From: a bacterium
Lineage (GTDB): Bacteria > UBA8248 > JACPRG01 > G963555815
Length of the DNA stretch: 64,000 bases
Direction: 5' to 3'
NCBI GenBank assembly: GCA_963555815.3
Contig: CAUVWX020000001.1
Location: forward strand, 1,312,001-1,376,000
Shown here: positions 9,197 through 19,005 of the stretch, in pieces
Position numbering within the stretch: the first letter of the stretch is position 1
Layout of the letters: every line of letters begins with the position of its first letter
The notes under the pieces: model-generated
The model's database searches: none
Told to the model about the DNA's origin: nothing
The model's input: only the letters and a program-made list of their open reading frames with translations
Translations under genes and position numbers: made by a program

Positions 9197-9649
9197 TTAA
9201 TCGCCGTGGGCCACGGACACAGTCTTTGACAACCCCTCCAGGAGCACCTGAAATCGGTCTTGACCCAATCCATTGACGATACGGGCCTGCGTCTCTTCCC
9301 AGAGTGGGAGGGCCTTCAGCAAGGTTTCGCGGCCCCGGGCGGTCAGCGCCACACATCGGGTGCGCCGGTCCTTGCCGGACACGATCTTGACCAACCTCTG
9401 CTTTTCGAGGGGCTTGAGGTCCCGCGTCAACGTCGTCCGGTCCATCACCAGCCACTCGGCCAGACGGCTGATGGTGGCACTGCCGGCTGACGAGATCGCC
9501 ACAAGAGTGCCCAGCTGGGTGCCCCGAAGCCCGATGGGCTGCAGGGCTCCGTCGAAGAGCTGGGTCACCGCGCGGGCCGCCTTCCGCAGGTTAAAACAGG
9601 CGCAATCGTCGCATTTCCCTGGATTTAGCTGTCCTGTTCGCGCTCCCAC
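9197..9649 (-). CDS. MarR family transcriptional regulator
   Basis: CACFNLRKAARAVTQLFD, MDRTTLTRDLKPLE, DRRTR..LTARG winged helix. Confidence 0.9.
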   Translation of the reverse strand: MGARTGQLNPGKCDDCACFNLRKAARAVTQLFDGALQPIGLRGTQLGTLVAISSAGSATISRLAEWLVMDRTTLTRDLKPLEKQRLVKIVSGKDRRTRCVALTARGRETLLKALPLWEETQARIVNGLGQDRFQVLLEGLSKTVSVAHGD

Positions 9650-9722
9650 TCGCGCTCCCGCGTTAATAACGCGTATGCACGTAATTTCTCCCTGTCAAAT
9701 ATCTTTCGCCTGAGGGAGAAAC

Positions 9723-11942
9723 CTACTTCGCTACAAACCTCTCCAATTTGCCTCCCTCAGTTACCTTTACGGTTCGGTTTATCCTGACGTTCGTAAAGGA
9801 ATCCACCTCGCCAGAGGGCCAGCTGACCTCGAGCTTCGACACCCTGCTGGCCTTGCCCAGGCCAAATATCAGGGTGAAGGAGTGGTTCGAGAGGTAGCTC
9901 GTCCCAGAGGTCACCTGCTCAATGAGCACCCTGCCGCTGGGAAGCGTCACGCGCACGAGCGCGCCAATGCCGTCACGGTTCGATTTGTTTCCCTCCAGCC
10001 TCACCTTGAGCCAATGGTTGTCATACCCAGGGTTGATGTAGAGGAAGGTGGGGCCGGGTCTGAACTCCTTTATGCCGTTTGGAAGGGTCGGGGTCTCTGG
10101 AAGATTGGAATCGGTTCCTCCTAGATTGCTCACCACAAAGTCAACATAGCCGTCGTTGTTGAAATCGCCTTTGGCGACCCCGCGGCCCGTCTCATGATAA
10201 TCCCAAGCAACCCGCTCACCGGTTTGATAATCTTCCTTGTCGATGTTGAAAGTCTGGGTATCGAAGGTCACATCGCGCCAATACATGGCCTCCTTACCCA
10301 GATTTTGCAGAAGCCGTCCAGGGCCTCGATGCCACATCTGCTCAGCACCCGGGGGTGTCTGACATTTTGTCTCGCCGCAACCGCGGAATACTGAGCCGGC
10401 AAAGTAGAGGTCCTGGTGGGTGTCGTTGTCAAAGTCGAGAAATATGCTACCAAACCCGAACTCCGTGTGCTCCAGGCCCACAGGGGTGTATGACTTGTCG
10501 TGAGGAATCGCGTCAGGGTCGAGCGTTGCGGGGGGCAGCTCACCCCACTCGATACTCAAGGCACGAGAAAGGTCGGCGAGAATGGGAACCGGAACCTTCC
10601 GGCCATCCTTTTCTATCTCCCGAACGCCGTCGAAACGCCAGAGCTTGTTTACAACTGAGCCTTTGTTCCAGCGGTTAAACTTGGCAGCAACGGTGACGAG
10701 ATACGTCGTCGATCCCTTTTTTTTCGTAAACCAATCCGAGCCGAAGTTCGGGTTGAACATATCGAGATCGCCGTCACCATCCACGTCAGCAAAGGCAATC
10801 CCCATCCAACCTCCGGCTATGTCAGTCGCCGCCTCTTCCGTCACATCGGTAAAGGTATTGTCGCCGTTGTTGTGGAAGATGGAGATCACTCCCGGAATAT
10901 CAGAGAGGGAAATCAGGTCAGGGTAGCGGTCCCCGTCATAGTCCAGAAACCCAACCGAGAGGGTTGCAGAGTGATCCTCACCCACCGTGCGGTCTTTGGA
11001 GTCTTTGATGTCAGGATTAAAGGTGGGTATCCTCTGGCCCTCCCTATAGCTGAACATCTTTCGACCGCCCACCCCGGCCTTCTCGGTGATATCGGTGAAT
11101 GTCCCATCCCCATTATTCTCAAAGAGGGTGTCCCGCGAACCGTTATAGAACTCCTCCTGGAAAAAAAACCAATCCGAATCGACATAGTTGCTGACCATGA
11201 GGTCCAGATCGCCATCGAGGTCAATGTCTCCAAAGGCGGCGGAGGAACCCTGCCGGCATTCCTCTACCCCCGCCTCAGCCGCAACATTGGTAAAAGTTGG
11301 GACGCCAGCGGGATTATTCCCGTTATTTCGATAAAGGATGTTTTTCCCCTCGCACTCATAGAACCCGTCCGTCCTCTCCGAAACAAAGACATCCGTAGGG
11401 AGCATCTCTACTCGTTCTCCACCCTCTAACCGTATACCGCCGTGTCCTTGAAAGCCAAACCCACGTTGGCCAGCCGTGATATAGAGATCCGCTCCGCCGT
11501 CATTGTTGTAATCACCCACCGTGCAACCAATGGCCTTAGTCCCCTTACCCGTCACCCCGGCAACCGTTGAGACTTCCTCAAATTCAGGGATGCCATCGCC
11601 ATCCTTGTCCCCTCGGTTGATGTATAGCTTGTTGTCGTGGTCCTGAAAATTAGCAAAGAAGGGTGGAGGGGCGTCAGGCGCGTTGTCGCTAGGAAAGAAA
11701 ATGTCGTCCCAGCCGTCGGCGTTAAAATCTCCCACACACACCCCGTTGGACATGGTCTCCATGAGCCATGAGGTGCTGGCGTGGTTTAGCGCAGATGAAG
11801 CGTTAAGAAACGATTTAATCTTGGCCCGTGAAAGCACCTCTTCCGCTTGTGCCGACGTTGCGGTGTGTCCGTAGACAAAACCCGCAACTCCGATGGCCGC
11901 AATGACCGCAACCATCCAACGACACTTCCTGTGCTTCCTCAT
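9723..11942 (-). CDS. exported FG-GAP repeat / ASPIC-UnbV (CRTAC1-like) protein
   Basis: Signal peptide; repeated GDFNADGWDD, GDIDLDGDLDL, DVDGDGDLD motifs; C-terminal NRDGIGALV..SGTSYLS..FGLG..VSWPSG; RBS GAGGAGG before ATG 11942. Confidence 0.9.
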   Translation of the reverse strand: MRKHRKCRWMVAVIAAIGVAGFVYGHTATSAQAEEVLSRAKIKSFLNASSALNHASTSWLMETMSNGVCVGDFNADGWDDIFFPSDNAPDAPPPFFANFQDHDNKLYINRGDKDGDGIPEFEEVSTVAGVTGKGTKAIGCTVGDYNNDGGADLYITAGQRGFGFQGHGGIRLEGGERVEMLPTDVFVSERTDGFYECEGKNILYRNNGNNPAGVPTFTNVAAEAGVEECRQGSSAAFGDIDLDGDLDLMVSNYVDSDWFFFQEEFYNGSRDTLFENNGDGTFTDITEKAGVGGRKMFSYREGQRIPTFNPDIKDSKDRTVGEDHSATLSVGFLDYDGDRYPDLISLSDIPGVISIFHNNGDNTFTDVTEEAATDIAGGWMGIAFADVDGDGDLDMFNPNFGSDWFTKKKGSTTYLVTVAAKFNRWNKGSVVNKLWRFDGVREIEKDGRKVPVPILADLSRALSIEWGELPPATLDPDAIPHDKSYTPVGLEHTEFGFGSIFLDFDNDTHQDLYFAGSVFRGCGETKCQTPPGAEQMWHRGPGRLLQNLGKEAMYWRDVTFDTQTFNIDKEDYQTGERVAWDYHETGRGVAKGDFNNDGYVDFVVSNLGGTDSNLPETPTLPNGIKEFRPGPTFLYINPGYDNHWLKVRLEGNKSNRDGIGALVRVTLPSGRVLIEQVTSGTSYLSNHSFTLIFGLGKASRVSKLEVSWPSGEVDSFTNVRINRTVKVTEGGKLERFVAK

Positions 11943-12064
11943 GACCGCCTCCTCAATACGTGTTAATAACCCCCGATGGAGCCATCCGTCTGGCTCCCCC
12001 GTCACCTCTTCCTGTTTTTTCTTGGGTGTCCCGCTTACTGGTCCGCCCAGTCTTCCATATTAAC

Positions 12065-12116
12065 GAGTATATGCACCAGATTAGGGAGCATAGGCACCCA
12101 CTTTTCTCCCTGTCAA
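12065..12116 (-). promoter_or_regulatory. putative sigma70 promoter of the ASPIC/UnbV gene with a downstream palindromic operator
   Basis: Minus strand TTGACA-18 nt-TATGCT; imperfect palindrome GAGTATATGCAC at 12065-12076; TTGACAGGGAGAAA is also found upstream of marR (9685-9698). Confidence 0.5.
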
Positions 12117-12290
12117 GTGTTTTTCAACGCTCTATGTCTGGCGTATCGCAGCGTCTGGCATATCGCAGCTTCCGCTACCTGGATGGAGACTGATTGACGT
12201 TCACATGGCCCCCGGCAGCAGTGCCCACGGCCACACCTAAGGAGTAAGGCTCAAGGTGGCGGCGAAGAGCATCAGGCGCGAAACAGGATG

Positions 12291-13238
12291 TCATCTAGGG
12301 CGTTGGTGTTCTTCGGTGCTCCAGAAGGCCCGGCAGGTGTTGGTGTGGATCTCCACCGTATCCTCCGGGTCTATGGCATAGCCGCCCCCGAGGAGCCCCG
12401 CGATGGGAATCTCTCTCTCAGAGCAAGCGCGGACAATGAATTGATCCCGCTCGAGGATGCCCTCCTTAGTGAGTCGAAGGGCGCCAAGCTTGTCCTCTTG
12501 GTAAGGGTCGGCCCCGGCCTGGTAGACGACGAGTTCGGGTCGGTGGTTATCCAGGATTTCCGGGACAGCGCGTCGGATGTGGTCGAGATAGGTCGAGTCT
12601 TGAGTGAAGGCGTCGAGGCCGATGTCGAGATTGCTCTTCTCCTTGAGAGGGTAAAGGTGCTCTTGGTGGATGGAGAAGGTGAAGACGTCCGGGTCGTCGG
12701 CGAAGATGACGGCGGTGCCGTTTCCCTGGTGGAGGTCGCAGTCGATGACGGCGGCCCGTTTGACTGGGCCCTTTTTCTGGACGCTCCGAATCCCAATGGC
12801 GATGTCGTTGAGGTAGCAGAACCCTTCGGCCCGGTCGGCAAAGCAGTGGTGAAACCCACCTGTGAAGTTGATGGCCCGGCCCTCCTCAAGGGCTTTTCGA
12901 CAGGCCAGGATGGAGCCTCCCGTCTGAAGGAGGACTGCATCCATGATCTCTTTTGAGATGGGAAGCTCGGAGGGCACCGTTCGGTGGGTGTGACGATAGC
13001 TCAGGAGGTCATTCACATACTCCTCGGTGTGGACGAGGAGTATTTCCTCTTGTGAGGCGGGTTCCGGGGTGACGAAACATTCAGGGGGGATATTGCTCTC
13101 TCTTTGGAACCGCTCGTAGGTCTTTCCGTACTTTCGGGTCTGAAGGACGTGTTGCCCGACGTCTGAGTAATAGTCGGGGTGATAGATGAAAGTTGCCATC
13201 AGGGCGGTCTGGGTTTCTCGAAAAAGGTTTGGGCTCAA
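12291..13238 (-). CDS. histone deacetylase / AcuC-AphA family Zn-dependent deacylase
   Basis: GGFHH, AEGFCYLNDIA, IDCDLHQGNGT, YQAGADP, GGGY; TTG start overlaps the upstream stop, alternative ATG at 13199. Confidence 0.92.
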   Translation of the reverse strand: MSPNLFRETQTALMATFIYHPDYYSDVGQHVLQTRKYGKTYERFQRESNIPPECFVTPEPASQEEILLVHTEEYVNDLLSYRHTHRTVPSELPISKEIMDAVLLQTGGSILACRKALEEGRAINFTGGFHHCFADRAEGFCYLNDIAIGIRSVQKKGPVKRAAVIDCDLHQGNGTAVIFADDPDVFTFSIHQEHLYPLKEKSNLDIGLDAFTQDSTYLDHIRRAVPEILDNHRPELVVYQAGADPYQEDKLGALRLTKEGILERDQFIVRACSEREIPIAGLLGGGYAIDPEDTVEIHTNTCRAFWSTEEHQRPR

Positions 13239-13747
13239 GTTTCCGGATAGGGTGTCCCGAATTTTTCGAGGTGGGCCACCTCGGCGAGGCTCTTCCGATC
13301 CTTATTGCCCTTGGCTCGGGGCTCCTTGGGATAGCCAAAGGGGAGGACTGTGATGAGCTCCATCTCGGCCGGGATGCCCAGAAACTCCTTGACGGCGTCT
13401 CGGTCAAGACCACTCACCCAACAGCTCCCGATCCCTTCCTCCCAGGCCGCGAGGACCATGTTCTGCACGGCCCGGGTCGCGTCCCCCAGGGGCATCTTTG
13501 AGCCGGAGATGGCGACGGCAACAGCGAGGGGGGCGTCGGCGATGTAGGGACCCGATGAGGCGAGGGCCCCTATTCGCTTGAGCGCTTCCCGGTCCCCGAT
13601 CACGATGAAGTGCCAGGGTTGGCGATTTCGCTGGCTTGGCGCCAACCTTCCCGCCTCTAGAATCTTTCGCACGGAAGCGTCGGGAAGCGGATCAGGGCGA
13701 AATTCCCGGACCTCTCGGCGCCTTCGGATGCATTCGTGGATATCCAT
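13235..13747 (-). CDS. nitroreductase family protein
   Basis: RRREVREF, APSQRNRQPWHF, QNMVLAAWEEGIGSCW, PFGYP. Confidence 0.9.
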   Translation of the reverse strand: MDIHECIRRRREVREFRPDPLPDASVRKILEAGRLAPSQRNRQPWHFIVIGDREALKRIGALASSGPYIADAPLAVAVAISGSKMPLGDATRAVQNMVLAAWEEGIGSCWVSGLDRDAVKEFLGIPAEMELITVLPFGYPKEPRAKGNKDRKSLAEVAHLEKFGTPYPET

Positions 13748-13756
13748 GCCGTCTCT

Positions 13757-14401
13757 CTAAAGCTCGATGCGTTTTCCTCGAAGGCGCTTCGAGATCGCCT
13801 CGATGTAGGCCTTGTTGGACTCGGAGTGGGGGAGTATCTCCTGTGTCCGCTTGAACATCTCCAGGGCCTTGGGGAGGTTATCCAGTCGGATGTAGTTCAG
13901 CCCTTCCCCGGAGAGGGCCCCGAAGTGATGGGGGTTGAGCGCAAGGGTGGCTTCGCAGTCAGCGATGGAGTGCTCGTATTCTCCCGCCAGGTAGAGGGCC
14001 GTCGCACGCTTGTTGTAACCCTCGGCGAACTCGGGATCCAGCTCGATGACCTGGGTGAAGGCCGTGATGGCGCTCTGAAGGTCACCCGCGTTCATCAGCC
14101 GAATCCCCTGCTGGAGGATGTGGTCGATGTCTTCGTCGCCCGAGCGATGCCAGATCTTCCACAGGGAGGACTCGGCCTGTGTGCGCACCGGCTGATCAGT
14201 GTCCCCCAAGGTCTCGACGAGGGGTTTGATGGCCGAGGCGTCTCCGATCTCGCCTAGGCGTAGGGCCGCCCTATACCGGACTTCGGACCCGCCCTCTTTC
14301 AGCGCCTTCAGGGTTTCCTCTATCTCTGATCCCCCAGCTGCGCTCACCCCGGCGGCCAAGACTAGGAAGAAGGCCATCGCCTTCGTCATCCCCCTCATCA
14401 T
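13757..14401 (-). CDS. exported HEAT-repeat + TPR protein
   Basis: Signal peptide; VRYRAALRLGEIGD HEAT motif; TPRs (AEGYNKRA, LALNPHHFGALSG). Confidence 0.85.
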   Translation of the reverse strand: MMRGMTKAMAFFLVLAAGVSAAGGSEIEETLKALKEGGSEVRYRAALRLGEIGDASAIKPLVETLGDTDQPVRTQAESSLWKIWHRSGDEDIDHILQQGIRLMNAGDLQSAITAFTQVIELDPEFAEGYNKRATALYLAGEYEHSIADCEATLALNPHHFGALSGEGLNYIRLDNLPKALEMFKRTQEILPHSESNKAYIEAISKRLRGKRIEL

Positions 14402-15075
14402 CGCCCGATTCTCCTTTTTCTGGAATCATCGATTTCCGTTACCTGGATCCCCACCGACTTCGTCCCATAACCGTGATTGAGATGAAGGAGGAGAACAGTG
14501 AGGCCCTCTACGTGCCGCGCGTTTGTCAGGGGTCCTGCGTCCAGCCCCCGAAACCCCAGCCTTCCCGTCAAATAGAGGGCGGCCTCCTTCGCCGGAGGAT
14601 CATCGCCGCAAACCAGAACGTCTCCCCGCAGGGGCTCGGGCCATCGGTTCAGCCCATGGGCCGAGACATTCTGAAAGGCCGCCGCCAGATGGATTTCTGT
14701 CCCAAGGACGGCCCGAGCTTCCTCAGCCGCAGATCCCTCGGGTGGCGGTACGTGGGCTGGGGGAAATCCCGGGCCAAGGGGGATGGCCACATCGATGACG
14801 ATTTTTTTCTGGAGCCGGGGGGCAAGACGGGTGAGAAGGGAACGATGGCCTTCAAAGGGGACGCTCACGACGATGACCTCGGCGGCCTCGGCCACTTCCT
14901 CATTGGTGCCGCCTCGAAGGAGATCCTGACCCAAGCGGGCGTTCAACTCGGCGCCGGTCGCCCGTGCCCTCTCTGCCTGCCGGGAGCCAATGAGGATCTC
15001 CTCTCCGGCTGATGCCCAGTGAAGGGCCAGGCCCTTTCCCTCGGGGCCCGTGCCGCCGAAGATCGCAACCCTCAT
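14398..15075 (-). CDS. npdG: NADPH-dependent F420 reductase
   Basis: GGTGPEGKGLA, IGSR, GSAAEE, AAFQNVSA, DVLVCGDD, DAGPLTNA. Confidence 0.9.
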   Translation of the reverse strand: MRVAIFGGTGPEGKGLALHWASAGEEILIGSRQAERARATGAELNARLGQDLLRGGTNEEVAEAAEVIVVSVPFEGHRSLLTRLAPRLQKKIVIDVAIPLGPGFPPAHVPPPEGSAAEEARAVLGTEIHLAAAFQNVSAHGLNRWPEPLRGDVLVCGDDPPAKEAALYLTGRLGFRGLDAGPLTNARHVEGLTVLLLHLNHGYGTKSVGIQVTEIDDSRKRRIGR

Positions 15076-15758
15076 ACACCCTCCTGGAAAAGCGAACGCC
15101 TCCTTTTCTTATATCACCCCTTTTTGGGTTTGGCAAAAGGCGGCGGGCGTTCCAGAGACGGCACCCGATCCAGAGGGCTCTTGGGGGGAGAACGTCTCCG
15201 GGGCGGCTCAGAGTTCGAGTTGATAACGCCGGATCTTTTTCAAGAGGCCGAGCCGGCTGAGGCCCAGGGCCGCCGCCGCCCGTCAACAGGATATACCGCT
15301 CCATACGTTATTAACAAATCCCGTGCTAAGGGAGGATGGCCCCTGATTTTGACTGGATAATGTAAATACATTCAAATAGTTATTTAGAATAAGGTGGGTT
15401 TCCCGGGATCCCGATTTCGCATCCCAGAAAGGGCTTTCCGTTAACTTGATTAGCGAAATCTGGTGAGAATTGCCCCTCTCCGATTTAAAAGCAAAATAAT
15501 ATTAATGAGTTACATGTGTAAAAACGATTAACAGTCAGGGGTTTCTTCTGTTCTCATGGGCTGCGGTTTCTAGGGCGGCGCGCCAGGGTTTTGATACAAG
15601 GGCCAGAAGGGGTCATCCCCCTTTTGGGTCGCTCTCCAAGAGGCCGGGATGCGGAAAGGGCGTAGGATTGACAGTTTCTTGGGGTTATGGCTAGATGGTC
15701 CCGTCAGTTAACCAGTTAAGGGAATTGCAATCCGTTTTGGAGGGGAGGATTTCCGGGC

Positions 15759-17054
15759 TTGAACCTTTTGAGGCGCATCAAGCGTAAAGAGATAAAGGCC
15801 GGCATCATCGGGGTGGGCTATGTGGGCCTTCCCCTGGCCGTTGAGTTCGCCCGAGGGGGCTATCGAGTGACTGGGATCGATGTGGACGCCCCCAAAGTCG
15901 GAAAGATCAACCGGGGAGAAAGCTATATCCCCGATGTCACGTCCCGGGAGCTTCGACAACTGGTTAATGCCGGCTGCCTTCATGCGACGGACCGGTTTGA
16001 TGCCTTGTCAGAGCTGGACACCATCAACATCTGCGTCCCCACCCCTCTTCGAAAGACCAAAGACCCTGATCTCTCTTTTATCGTCGCCGCTGTGGAACAG
16101 GTGCGAAACAATCTACGCACGGGTCAGCTGGTCATCCTGGAGAGTACGACCTATCCCGGGACGACGGAGGAGATCGTCCTCCCGCTCCTTCAAGAGAGCG
16201 GCCTGCAGGTGGGCAAGGATTTCTGGCTGGCTTTTTCTCCGGAGCGGCTGGACCCGGGAAACCGGGAATATACCACCCGCAACATCCCTAAGGTGGTGGG
16301 CGGCATCACCCCTGCCTGCGCTGAGATGGCCGCCGCCCTCTACAAGGGCTGCATCGAATCCGTGGTCTCTGTCTCCTCGACCCGCGTGGCTGAGATGGTG
16401 AAACTCCTTGAGAACACCTTCAGGAGCGTCAACATCGGCCTCGTCAATGAGATGGCCCTTCTCTGCCATCGGCTGAACATTGATGTTTGGGAGGTCATTG
16501 AGGCGGCCAGGACCAAGCCCTTTGGCTTCATGGCCTTCTATCCTGGTCCGGGCCTGGGGGGCCACTGTCTTCCCGTCGATCCCATCTATCTCTCCTGGAA
16601 GGCCCGGATGAACGGCTTTGAGGCCCGCTTCATCGAGCTGGCCGGGATGACCAATTCCATGATGCCCCGGTTCGTGGTGGAGAAGGTGGGAGACGCCCTC
16701 AACGCTGGGGGGAAGAGCATCCGGGGCTCCCGCATCCACGCCCTCGGGGTCGCCTATAAGAAGAACACAGGGGATGTTCGAGAGTCTCCCGCCCTTGACG
16801 TCCTGAGCCTCCTTCATGAAAAGGGGGCGAACCTCTCCTATAGCGATCGTTATGTCCGTCGAGTCTCGGTCGGCCCCCTCGCTCTTAAGGCCATCGAGCC
16901 CGGGCCTCAGGTCCTTCGCCGGTCCGACTGCGTGGTCCTTCTGACGGACCATGACTATTTCCGCAAGAAGGACGTCTTCCAGTACGCCCGGCTTATCCTG
17001 GACACCCGAAACGCCTTCCAGGGTTTTAACGGCCCCAAGGTCATCAAGCTTTGA
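15759..17054 (+). CDS. nucleotide-sugar dehydrogenase (UDP-N-acetylhexosamine 6-dehydrogenase, WbpA/WecC-like)
   Basis: GVGYVGLP, ICVPTP, ESTTYPGTT, SPER, KLLENTFR, GGHCLPVDP, DVRESP. Confidence 0.92.
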   Translation: MNLLRRIKRKEIKAGIIGVGYVGLPLAVEFARGGYRVTGIDVDAPKVGKINRGESYIPDVTSRELRQLVNAGCLHATDRFDALSELDTINICVPTPLRKTKDPDLSFIVAAVEQVRNNLRTGQLVILESTTYPGTTEEIVLPLLQESGLQVGKDFWLAFSPERLDPGNREYTTRNIPKVVGGITPACAEMAAALYKGCIESVVSVSSTRVAEMVKLLENTFRSVNIGLVNEMALLCHRLNIDVWEVIEAARTKPFGFMAFYPGPGLGGHCLPVDPIYLSWKARMNGFEARFIELAGMTNSMMPRFVVEKVGDALNAGGKSIRGSRIHALGVAYKKNTGDVRESPALDVLSLLHEKGANLSYSDRYVRRVSVGPLALKAIEPGPQVLRRSDCVVLLTDHDYFRKKDVFQYARLILDTRNAFQGFNGPKVIKL

Positions 17055-17121
17055 TCCCCCAAACCGAATCGGCCCCTTCTCTGTCCCTCTACGAGGTTTC
17101 CCGCCTCTTTTGTCCGGGGTC

Positions 17122-18060
17122 GTGCGCTACCTTGTGACCGGTGGGGCCGGCTTCATCGGTTCTCATCTGGTCTTCAAGCTGGTGGAACGAGGAGAATCCG
17201 TCCGGGTCTTGGATGACCTTTCTACCGGCCGGATGGAGAATCTCACTCAGGTTTTGGGGACAGTCGAATGGGTCAAGGGCGATATCCGGGATCCGGCCTC
17301 GGTCCTGGACGCCGCCCAGGGGGTAGATGTCATCCTCCACCACGCCGCCCTTCCCTCGGTCCAGCGTTCCACTGAGCGCCCTCAAGAGACAAACGCCGTC
17401 AACGTCCTCGGATCGCTCAATGTCCTGGAGGCGGCCCGAAAGTGCGGGGTCCGTCGGGTGGTTTACGCGGCCTCCTCTTCTATTTACGGGGACTCCGAAG
17501 CCCTGCCCAAAGGGGAGGACCTCCCCTCCCGTCCCCTCTCTCCTTACGCTGCTTCTAAGGCGGCGGGGGAGATGTACTGCACGGCCTACTATCGGACCTT
17601 TGGTCTGGAGACGGTGAGCCTTCGCTACTTCAACGTCTTTGGTCCCCGCCAGGACCCCCTTTCTCCCTATGCGGCCGTCATCCCCCGCTTCATCCAGGCC
17701 CTCTTGAGTGGCCAGTCCCCGACCATCTTCGGGGATGGAGAGCAGACCCGCGATTTCACCTATGTGGGCAATGCCGTTGAAGCCTGCCTGAAGGCCGTCG
17801 AGGCCCCCGACGCAGCGGGGGGGGTCTTTAACGTGGCCTGCGGAGAGCGCTCCTCCGTGAATCAGCTCCTGGCTCACCTGAAGACGATTATGGGGTCCAC
17901 CACCACCACCGCTTATGTCGAGGCTCGACCCGGAGATGTAAAGCACTCCCAGGCTGATATTACGAAGGCAAAACGGACCCTGGGCTATGAGCCGAAGGTG
18001 GATTTCCTCTCGGGTCTCAGGCAAACTGTCGAATGGTTTTCCAGCAAAGCAGCGGGTTGA
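17122..18060 (+). CDS. extended-SDR NAD-dependent epimerase (UDP-GlcNAc 4-epimerase, WbpP-like)
   Basis: TGGAGFIGSH, ASSSSIYG, YAASK, RYFNVFGPRQDP, GDGEQTRDF; GTG start at 17122. Confidence 0.9.
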   Translation: MRYLVTGGAGFIGSHLVFKLVERGESVRVLDDLSTGRMENLTQVLGTVEWVKGDIRDPASVLDAAQGVDVILHHAALPSVQRSTERPQETNAVNVLGSLNVLEAARKCGVRRVVYAASSSIYGDSEALPKGEDLPSRPLSPYAASKAAGEMYCTAYYRTFGLETVSLRYFNVFGPRQDPLSPYAAVIPRFIQALLSGQSPTIFGDGEQTRDFTYVGNAVEACLKAVEAPDAAGGVFNVACGERSSVNQLLAHLKTIMGSTTTTAYVEARPGDVKHSQADITKAKRTLGYEPKVDFLSGLRQTVEWFSSKAAG

Positions 18061-18136
18061 AAGGCCCCTTTGGCCTTGACAAGCCAAGGGGGGGTGTTAA
18101 ATTTTTCGTTTACACTAGAATGGGGTTTTTGACGCC

Positions 18137-18577
18137 ATGTCTCAGAAGACAGTATTTCTTCGAAAAGAGGACGCCGAAAAGGGGCGAAGGTGGTTCCTTG
18201 TCGACGCTGAAGGCCACATCCTAGGGCGCCTTGCGAGCCGGGTTGCCAGCGTGCTGCATGGAAAGCACAAGGCGATCTTCACACCCCATGTGGACGGAGG
18301 AGACCACGTCATCGTCATCAATGCCCAGGGGGTGGTCCTGACAGGCCGAAAGCTCAAGGACAAGGTCTATTATCGGCATTCGGGCTATCCGAGCGGGATT
18401 CGGGCGACGTCGGCCGAGGAGATGATGAAGACTCATCCTGAACGGGTCATCGAGATAGCCGTTCGGGGAATGCTCCCAAAGAACAGTCTTGGGCGGGCGA
18501 TGCTGAGGAAGCTCAAGGTGTACCGGGGTGGCGATCACCCCCACGAAGCCCAGCGGCCCGAGCCCCTGGACCTTTGA
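18137..18577 (+). CDS. rplM: 50S ribosomal protein L13
   Basis: [30 protein letters not shown]. Confidence 0.98.
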   Translation: MSQKTVFLRKEDAEKGRRWFLVDAEGHILGRLASRVASVLHGKHKAIFTPHVDGGDHVIVINAQGVVLTGRKLKDKVYYRHSGYPSGIRATSAEEMMKTHPERVIEIAVRGMLPKNSLGRAMLRKLKVYRGGDHPHEAQRPEPLDL

Positions 18578-18587
18578 GAGGGAGACG

Positions 18588-18977
18588 ATGAAGGATAAGT
18601 TTTACGCCACGGGCAAGCGCAAGAGCGCTATTGCCAGAGTGTGGATCAGCCCGGGCCAGGGCAATCTCCTCATCAATCGCAAGCCTTCGGAGGAATATTT
18701 TCGAGGGGAGACAGCCCGCGGACTGTTGAAGCAGCCTTTTGAGGTGACGGGGACTTGGGGCAGTTACGACGCCTACATCACGGTCAAGGGTGGCGGCGAA
18801 TCCGGCCAGGCGGGAGCCATCAAGCATGGGATCGCAAGGGCCCTTGTGGTCGCCGACCCCCAATTCCGGGCCACTTTGAAGAAGGCTGGCCTTCTCACGC
18901 GGGATCCCAGGGTGAAGGAACGAAAAAAATACGGCCAGCGAGGGGCCCGCGCCCGATTCCAATTCTCCAAGCGTTAA
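18588..18977 (+). CDS. rpsI: 30S ribosomal protein S9
   Basis: [37 protein letters not shown]. Confidence 0.98.
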   Translation: MKDKFYATGKRKSAIARVWISPGQGNLLINRKPSEEYFRGETARGLLKQPFEVTGTWGSYDAYITVKGGGESGQAGAIKHGIARALVVADPQFRATLKKAGLLTRDPRVKERKKYGQRGARARFQFSKR

Positions 18978-19005
18978 TCTTCACACTTTCCCTCATCGTG
19001 AGATC

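Noticed and set aside
15310..15700. AT-rich region before the nucleotide-sugar genes as a JUMPstart/ops element or ncRNA
   Set aside because: Only weak resemblance (GGGCGGCGCG instead of GGCGGTAG); consistent with an ordinary divergent promoter region.
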